Source of the DNA: Chiloscyllium plagiosum
Lineage: Eukaryota
Direction: 5' to 3'
DNA length: 41,998 bases
Assembly: GCF_004010195.1 (NCBI RefSeq)
Contig: NC_057718.1
Location: forward strand, 54,541,062 to 54,583,059
Under the pieces are notes generated by a model. The model was not told the origin of the DNA, searched no databases, and saw only the letters and a list, made by a program, of their open reading frames with translations. The translations under genes were made by a program, and so were the position numbers. Shown here piece by piece: positions 34,627 through 41,998 of the stretch. How positions within the stretch are numbered: the first letter of the stretch is position 1; each line of letters opens with the position of its first letter.

Positions 34627-35255
34627 AACAACAGCACAGACTAGATTTCTGTTGGAAGAACAAGATTTAATGTGCTAATTATGAGGGAATGAATACAGAT
34701 GTAGTGTGGAAACTCCATTATCAGCATTTATCTTGTATCTATTTCTTTTAAAATGGACATTTAAAAATAAGTATTTGATATTTTCGTAATAAGACAGTGG
34801 AGTGAGTTATTTCACTGCAATGAGTGCTTGTAAATATATTGTATAAAAAATGTAGACTGCGTTGGGATATCTTTGAATTTGTATAATGATTTAAATGCTA
34901 CTTGAAACTTGTACATCTGATGTGCTAAGTGTAATTTTACCAAGATGTAAATTTTAAATTTAAACTATTTTACAGATCTTTATTACAAGAGTCATCTTTT
35001 TTGTTAAATTCCTAAGTATTCAAATTTCATAGGCTATCAAAGAGCATTTATAGACTGCACCTCAACAATTGGAACTCCTGGATTGTTTTTGAACATTATG
35101 TTGTATTTCTTATTTTTATTTTCCATTGAGGTTTTGTAACATTTTTGAAAAGTATTATGACTTCTGAATCCAGATGTCTTAAATGTACCTTCTGCTTAAT
35201 TGGAATAAGCAAATGTTGTGGCTAAATTGAATAAATTCTTTTCAGACTAGAATTA
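34627..35255 (+). other. ERLEC1: ERLEC1 3' UTR (end approximate)
   Basis: AT-rich, repeat-free sequence after the stop. The first canonical AATAAA I found is at 35230-35235; the cleavage site is inferred. Confidence 0.6.
35230..35235 (+). terminator. Candidate polyadenylation signal AATAAA
   Basis: Canonical hexamer about 600 nt after the stop, followed by T-rich sequence. Confidence 0.55.
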
Positions 35256-35943
35256 TGTAACAGGATTTCTTTATGGCTGTGAATGAAAATCAAATAGCTG
35301 GCATTAGTAACCGGTGCAGTGCACTTCATAACATGTATGTTCACCATAAGTAATGTCTGTTTAGAACTAACTAACTGATCCACACAGACTAAGAGAAATC
35401 AATCATCAGTTAGAATTGAGGGGTAAAAGAGGACTGAAAACTGTAATGGGAGTTGTCTACAAACCTAGCAGCAATGAACTGGCAGGATATTTTAATTCTG
35501 AATTGAGGCTTGTAGCAAAAGAAATGTTTTAATGAAACTGTAGTTTTCACATGAATGTGGGAATAACACCATAGCACATGTCAGAGGTAGTGAATTTTGA
35601 CTCGTCCGATTTTCTGAAATAATATGTTCCAGAACCTACAACAGGCAGGCCGTGCTAGGTTTATTAATGAGCCTGACTTTGCTCGATTTGCAGTAAAGAA
35701 ACATTTATCTAGCCACAATCGTAACCTGATTAATTGAAAGTTAGGTTTGAAAGAGGCAATGCAAGAATCTAGATTTTTGATAACGTTAATTAACAGGATA
35801 AGGCAGAGACTGACAACTGCAAACTGGTCAAAACTGTTATTGGGTAAAACTGCAGAAAATGGATATTCAAAAAAAAAATTATTAAATACAAGACCAATAT
35901 ACACCTCTTGTGGATAAGAATTCCACTTTCCAAATTAGGCAGC

Positions 35944-36594
35944 AGTGACAATCCTGCAGCTTTAAAAGGTATTTTTGTCCTTTGTCTTTAGAAAAATGAG
36001 GTTTAAAGACCGAGGTAACAAGCTGTCTACTTGGAGAGCCAGTAAACAACTTATGAGGTCTTGGGATTTTTAAAAGTTGGAATAATAGAAGTAGCCTGGA
36101 TGGGTGTGGCCAGCTCTCTGAAACCCGGATTTCAAGGGTTTTTTTTTACTATTTAGCTTCAGCTTTAAGCAGTTGCTGTATAATCTCAAGTAAGAAGCTG
36201 CTGGTGTTTTGAAGAAGTAGAGGCTCTTTTTTTCCTCTGTTATAGCTAGAAGGGGTTTCTCTCCGCTGTTGGGTTACCTATGAAACAAATCTATTTTCTT
36301 ACTTTGCCCAGGGGTGTGTTTATGGGACTCTTTTTTACTAAATTGGAACAGTTAATTACTAATAGTTACTGTATCTATTATTCTGTTGTTTTCTAATAGA
36401 GTTAAGTTACGTAAGTTTTTTTTTGTATTTTAACTATAGTGTTTAAATTGTGTTTTGCTTAACATCAAGTAGTTTGACCATCGAATTGCATCTGGAACCC
36501 AGCATGTTACTTCTGCCTTTAAAGCAAAAAAAAAGTTAGTATCTAAGCTACTTTCTTAAAATATTTTTGAGGAGATTTGGTCTGGTCCATTACA
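35944..36594 (+). repeat. Probable 5' LTR of the Gmr1-like element
   Basis: Begins (a/t)gtgacaatcc and ends ggtccattaca, just upstream of gag. The partner LTR is not in the window, so the boundaries are inferred. Confidence 0.55.
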
Positions 36595-37346
36595 AATCAG
36601 GAGCTGTTGTCAAGATCAAAATCTCTAATTTCAGGTTGGATTTAGAATAAGGTAAGGCAGTGAGTGCTAGGTATTAGTATCTTTTTGTTTCAGGTGTTGA
36701 ATTTGATTGGTTTAACATGGTGTACCTTGTGTAATAATGACTTTTTCAGTTACTAGGAGTTTTCTGGGGATGGACGAAGTCACTGCGAGTGTTTTACAGG
36801 AAGAGAGCATGGCAAAGCTTTTGGAATTGGCAGACCAGTTGGAGTTGGGATTGCCTTTGTCTGTGTGAAAAAGGGTGGTAACTGCAGTAATAGCTCAACA
36901 ATTACAATAGCTGGAAATGCCATTGGAATGGCTAAAATTCAATTGTAAATGAAACCTTTTGAATTAGAGGCAAAAAAAGAGGAAAGAATAGGCCTGGCAA
37001 AACAAGAAAGAGAAAAGGAAGTGAAACAGTATGAATTATGATTAAAAGCAAAGGAGAGAAAGACCATAACAGAAGAAAGAGAGAAGAAAAGCAGAAAGTG
37101 AGAGAGTTTGAACTTCATAAGTTGGCAATTAGAGAGGAAAATTGACTTAAAAGAATGGATGTGAAGGTAGGAGGTACGTTTAGTGAGGAGGACAAGGATG
37201 ACAAACAAACCCATCATCGTGAAAGGCCTGGTGGGGATTTATTTAAATATGTCCAAGCTTTGCCTAAGTTCAACGAGAAGGATGTAGAAGCCCGTCTCCT
37301 TTGAGAAAGTTGCTAAACAAATGAAATGGCCAGTGACCATGTGGGT

Positions 37347-38119
37347 CATAGAGTCATAGAGATGTACAGCATGGAAACAGACCCTTCAGTCCAACCCATC
37401 CATGCCGACCAGATATCCCAACCCAATCTAGTCCCACCTGCCAGCACCCGGCCCATATCCCTCCAAACCCTTTCTATTCGTATACCCATCCAAATGCCTC
37501 TTCAATGTTGCAATTGTACCAGCCTCCACCACATCCTCCGGCAACTCATTCCATACACGTACCACGCTCTGTGTGAAAAGGTTGCCCCTTAGGTCTCTTT
37601 TATATCTTTCCCCTCTCATCCTAAACCTATGCCCTCTAGTTCTGGACTCCCCGACTCCAGGGAAAAGACTTTGCCTATTTACCCTATCCATGCCCCTCAT
37701 AATTTTGTNNNNNNNNNNNNNNNNNNNNNNNNNNNNNNNNNNNNNNNNNNNNNNNNNNNNNNNNNNNNNNNNNNNNNNNNNNNNNNNNNNNNNNNNNNNN
37801 NNNNNNNNNNNNNNNNNNNNNNNNNNNNNNNNNNNNNNNNNNNNNNNNCTTTGTTCAGCAACACTCCCTAGGACCTTACCATTAAGTGTGTAAGTCCTGC
37901 TAAGGTTTGCTTTCCCAAAATGCAGCACCTCACATTTATCTAAATTAAACTCCATCTGCCACTTCTCATCCCATTGACCCATCTGGTCCAGATCCTGTTG
38001 TAATCTAAGGTAACCTTCTTTGCTGTCCACTACACCTCCAATTTTGGTGTCATCTGCAAACTTACTAACTGTACCTCTTATGCTTTCATCCAAATCATTT
38101 ATGTAAATGAGAAAAAGTA
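37347..38119 (-). mobile_element. Young 5'-truncated CR1 inserted in gag (contains gap)
   Basis: YINDLDESIRGTVSKFADDTK...ESRTRGHRF...VWNELPE; ctctatgactctatg tail. Confidence 0.93.
37709..37848. other. Assembly gap (N run)
   Basis: Run of n. Confidence 1.
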
Positions 38120-38762
38120 TATTGCTGAACCAAACAAAGTTGATAGCTAGAGATAGTAATGCAAATGTCTCACTATCAGAGCAGCTATTTGGGGTGTATG
38201 ATGAGGTGAAAAATGCCATCTTAAGTGCATATGAGGTTAGTACCTGAAGCATACTGACTCCTTTTCAGGAATCTAAGGAGGGATCTTGGTCAAACGTACA
38301 TTGACTTCGAAAGGATCCAACAAAGTAATTTTGATAGGTGGATAAGAGCAGTGTTTAGATCAGCAATACCCACATGGTCACTGGCCATTTCATTTGTTTA
38401 GCTACTTTCTCACAAGAAAGGGGTTTCTACATCCTTCTTGTTGAACTTAGGCAATGCTTAGACATATTCAAACAGATCCCTACCAGGCCATTGAAAATAG
38501 ATAAAATGTTTGATGGAGGAATTCAAAACTTCACTTCCTGAAGTAGTGAGAACTCATGGAAGAGCAGAGAGATAAATTGGCAAGATTAGCAGTGGCAATG
38601 GCTCATGATTATGATATGGTTCGTAAATCAAAGTTTAGCTACTGACATCAATTTCAATCTGTGCAGGATAGAAGTTGTGGAAAAGAGAAATTCTCAATTG
38701 GTAAAAGAAAAGGCGATCTCATTGAATTTTACCACAGGGTAAAAAGGAAATCCAAGAAGGGG

Positions 38763-39498
38763 TGTTACACACTGGGTAACCCCCCACCCCCAGCTAATTA
38801 AAACTGCAACACGGAAATGATTTAACCAGTGCTGTAATCTGTTAAAATTCGAGAGGCAAAGAACTATCCTAAAAGTCGCTATTTAAAGTAAAAATTAACA
38901 ACTTTTTAAAAATTAAAGTCTAACAGAATAATTAACTAACACCTATTTATAAATCATTTATCTAAACCTATCTTTTACCTTCCCCTCTATAATACTAGTC
39001 TGATAAAACCCCCGATTAAGATTTACAGAAAAATTAAAATTTCTATACTAGCCAGCTATCGAATTTTCTCTTGGTATCTTCCTCTGTAGATTTGCTTTCC
39101 AAGTCCATGTTGAACTTTTTTCCTGTGCAAACTCCTTCTCCAGACAGAGAGTTCTTACTACCAGCCTACATCTGTTGGTCTTTTGGCAGTTCTCCTCTCA
39201 ACTATTCCATTTTTTCCAGTCTTATACCCCAAAGCATTGGATTGTTTAATTGATTATTGATATTGTCAATATACTAAATTCAACCTTGATTGAAGTTTGG
39301 TATTTTCCGGGGGGAGGGGGTATAATTTAAATTTATTGGCCTAATTTGAATTTGTTTTTATCTCAAGGCAACCAGCGACTCTAGCTGCTGGACCAAAAGG
39401 TTACGTTACATGTTGTTCAGAACACTTTTTGCTGTCAGGTAGTTCTGCTAGCTTTTAACTTTCTTAAAGGTATAATGCCTTTCTACACCTTCATCACA
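38763..39498 (-). mobile_element. Probable solo LTR of a second family inserted in gag
   Basis: 736-bp non-coding block with TGT...ACA termini, interrupting gag just before the zinc knuckle. No clear TSD; strand inferred. Confidence 0.6.
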
Positions 39499-40390
39499 TG
39501 AAAGAGAAGTTTAAAAAGCTCATGTTTTCACTGTGATAAAATTGGCCATATGAAGTCACAATGGTGGTGGTTTAGAGAAACCCCCCCCCCGGGAAGACTG
39601 ATATGGGAAAACAGGACAATTTTATGAAATGGTAAAGCAAAGCACAGTGGAAGCTAAAAAGTCTGAACAGAATGAATGACCAGCAGGGATTGGTTGAGAA
39701 GAAAGTGCCAGATCTGCTTACTCAATTTACTTGCGAGGGTAAGGTTTACTAGCACATGCTAAGAGGAGTAGGGACAGAAATTAAAATTTTGAGAGATACA
39801 TAAGCATGCCAATCTTTGGTGAGAGATGAGGAGATATATAATTCAGAAGGAATATTGCCAGAAAAAGTGGTAATAAAATTCATGGTGAGCCGAGGTGTTC
39901 CATTATGTAAAGTGAGGTTGGAGAGTTGAGTGAAAAATGGAGAAGTGGTGGTAGGAGTACTAGAGAAACCCTCGGCTCCAGGAGTAGAATTCCTTGGTAA
40001 TGATATAGCTGGATCACAGGTGGGGGTGATGCCTAATGTGGTTGAAATGTCAGTGGAGAATCAAGCAACTGAAGTATTAGAGAAAGTACCCTCAGATTTT
40101 TCCTGACTCTGGTAACAAAGTCACAAAGCCATAGATTCAAGCAGGAGGAGAAATCAAAGGACAGAGATAAGGAGGTTGAGGCACAATTAGCAAAGACTGC
40201 ATTTGATCAAATGGTTGGGAGAAAGACAAGAACAGATGGAAGACAAAGTGGATGCTTTTAGTCAGAGAAATTATAACAAAGATGAAAAACTAAAGTAATT
40301 ATATCAAAAAGTGCACACAGAAGAGTAATCTGAGTGTAGCCCAGAATGTTACTGTCTTAAAAACAAAGTCTTGATGTGGAAATGAAGACC

Positions 40391-40870
40391 ATCATGGCTG
40401 ATATGTTTCTCAATCCCATTCTTCCACTTTCTCCCCAAACTCTTGATCCCTTTGACAATCAAGAACCTATCTATCTCTGTCTTAAATATACTCAATGATC
40501 TGGCCTTCACAGCCTTCTGTGGTAGTGAGTTCTATAGATTCACCACTCTCTGGCTCATGAGATTTCTCCTTATCTGCATTCTAAAAGGAATTCTTTTTAC
40601 TTTAAGGCTGTATCATTGGGTCCTAGTCTCTCTTACCAATGCAAATGTTTTTCCAACATCCACTCTGTCCAGGCCATTCAGTATTCTGTAACTTTCAATT
40701 AGATTCCCCCCTCATTCCTCTGAACTCCATTGAGTATAGTCCCAGAATCCTCAAACGTTCCTCATATGTTAAGCTTTTCTTTCCTGGGACCATTCTCATG
40801 AAACTCCTCTGAACCCACTCCACGGTCAAACATCCTTCCTGAGATATGTGGCCCAAAACAGTGCACCAAA
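40391..40870 (-). mobile_element. CR1 fragment occupying the position of the integrase core
   Basis: Reverse complement of the CR1 ORF2 C-terminus and 3' UTR; terminal tail missing. Confidence 0.85.
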
Positions 40871-41593
40871 GGAATCGATCAAATCAGAACATTTGAATTA
40901 GTTTTTGGGCATGGAGGTGAGAGGACCACTGTAATTAATTAAGGAAAAATTGGTGAGTCAGAATTCAGAGACCATATATTTAGACTGTGTCAAATTTTAG
41001 GAAAAGATTAAATAGAGCTAGTGAGTTGGCTTGACCGCATTTAGAAGCACAGAATTTGATGAAACAGGAAGCAGATAAGAAATTTAAAAATTGCAATTTT
41101 GCTAATGGAGATAGTGTTCATGCTAGTTCCTGTGGTCGGTGAACTTTCACAAGCAAGCTTTAATGGGTCTTATTAAGTCAAAAGGAAATTGAATGAGGTG
41201 AACTATTTGATAAAGACTCCAGATGGAAAGAAATCTCAGAGGGTGTGCCATGTCAATATGCTCAAAAGGTATTTTGATAGGGAAGGAAAATCAAAGGAGA
41301 CTGTGTTATTGGTTACAACACAGAGTTAAGAACCAACTTCAGACGATTCTGAATTGGACATTCCTTGAATTAAATTGGACTATGAGGACATACTCAAAAC
41401 ATTGGGATACATTACTGAGATACCTTTCAGAGAAAAATGAAAATGACCTGAAAGAGTTATTACATCAGATGGGGCGATATGTAGGAATAAGTTGGGGAGT
41501 ACTAGTCTAATTATGCATGATGTAGCTATTGGAAATGCTTTTCCAATTAAGCAACATCCTTATAGATTTAACTCTCTAGAGTTGTCACAGGTT

Positions 41594-41998
41594 CACCCTC
41601 TGATGACCCCTTCTCCTGCCTCCAGCACACCCCATCCACCTGGACACCCTGTGCTGGCCTCTTACCCGCCCTCGATCTCTTCATATCCAACTGCCGCCAC
41701 GACATTGACCGCCTCAACCTGTCCACCCCTCTCACCCACTCCAATCTCTCCCTCACAACGCACAGCCCTCCACTCCCTCCGCTCCATGGCTGAAGCTAGA
41801 CGCCAACTCATGGACACCTCCTCTTACTGGTACCTTGACCATGACCCCACCTCCCACCACCAAACCATCATCTCCCAGACCATCCATAACCTCATCACCT
41901 CAGGAGATCTCCCATCCCCCACCTCCAACCTCATAGTCCCACAACCCTGCACCACCCGTTTCTACCTCCTACCCAAAATCCACAAACCTGACTGCCCC
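41594..41998 (+). mobile_element. Penelope-like element fragment (runs off the window)
   Basis: Homologous to 5538-5990; ends RFYLLPKIHKPDCP; the ADKG segment is deleted. Confidence 0.9.

Larger units (their letters stand above)
35944..41593 (+). mobile_element. Decayed Gmr1-like Ty3/Gypsy LTR retrotransposon with nested insertions
   Basis: Gag: LPKFNEKDVEA..FEKVAKQMKWP, YDEVKNAILSAYE, zinc knuckle CFHCDKIGHMKSQ (39523). Protease KILRDT (about 39785). Integrase C-terminus FELVFGH (about 40890) and VCHVNMLKRY (about 41245), followed by the RT start PIKQHPYR (41543). Confidence 0.88.

Noticed and set aside
36595..36618. Primer binding site after the putative LTR
   Set aside because: Only vague similarity to a tRNA-Pro PBS and it lacks TGG; too decayed to call.
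37428..38252. 274-aa ORF
   Set aside because: Chimera of antisense gag, truncated CR1 RT and a gap.

Overview
Vertebrate genomic DNA, most likely from a cartilaginous fish. That assignment is an inference from the repeat content (HE1-type V-SINEs, HER1/CR1 LINEs, a SacSINE1-like Deu-SINE and abundant Penelope-like elements), which is typical of sharks. The window holds coding exons 2-14 and the 3' UTR of ERLEC1 (XTP3-B/erlectin, an ER lectin with two MRH domains) on the + strand, CDS 7945-34626. All 12 introns between these exons are GT-AG and phase-compatible, giving 436 codons plus stop. Exon 1 (signal peptide) was not found and presumably lies upstream. Introns and the 3' flank are filled with nested retroelements: many CR1 fragments (one keeps its SGNH-esterase ORF1), L2 fragments, SINEs, Penelope-like elements and a decayed Gmr1-type Gypsy LTR element (PR-INT-RT order) with secondary insertions. 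The most interesting signal is a set of short, TSD-flanked Penelope-derived inserts that carry minimal hammerhead ribozyme motifs and often have a fold-back structure; two copies with intact cores lie in the sense orientation of the presumed ERLEC1 intron 1. There are two assembly gaps (6085-6724, 37709-37848). Most ORFs in the supplied track are retroelement debris.
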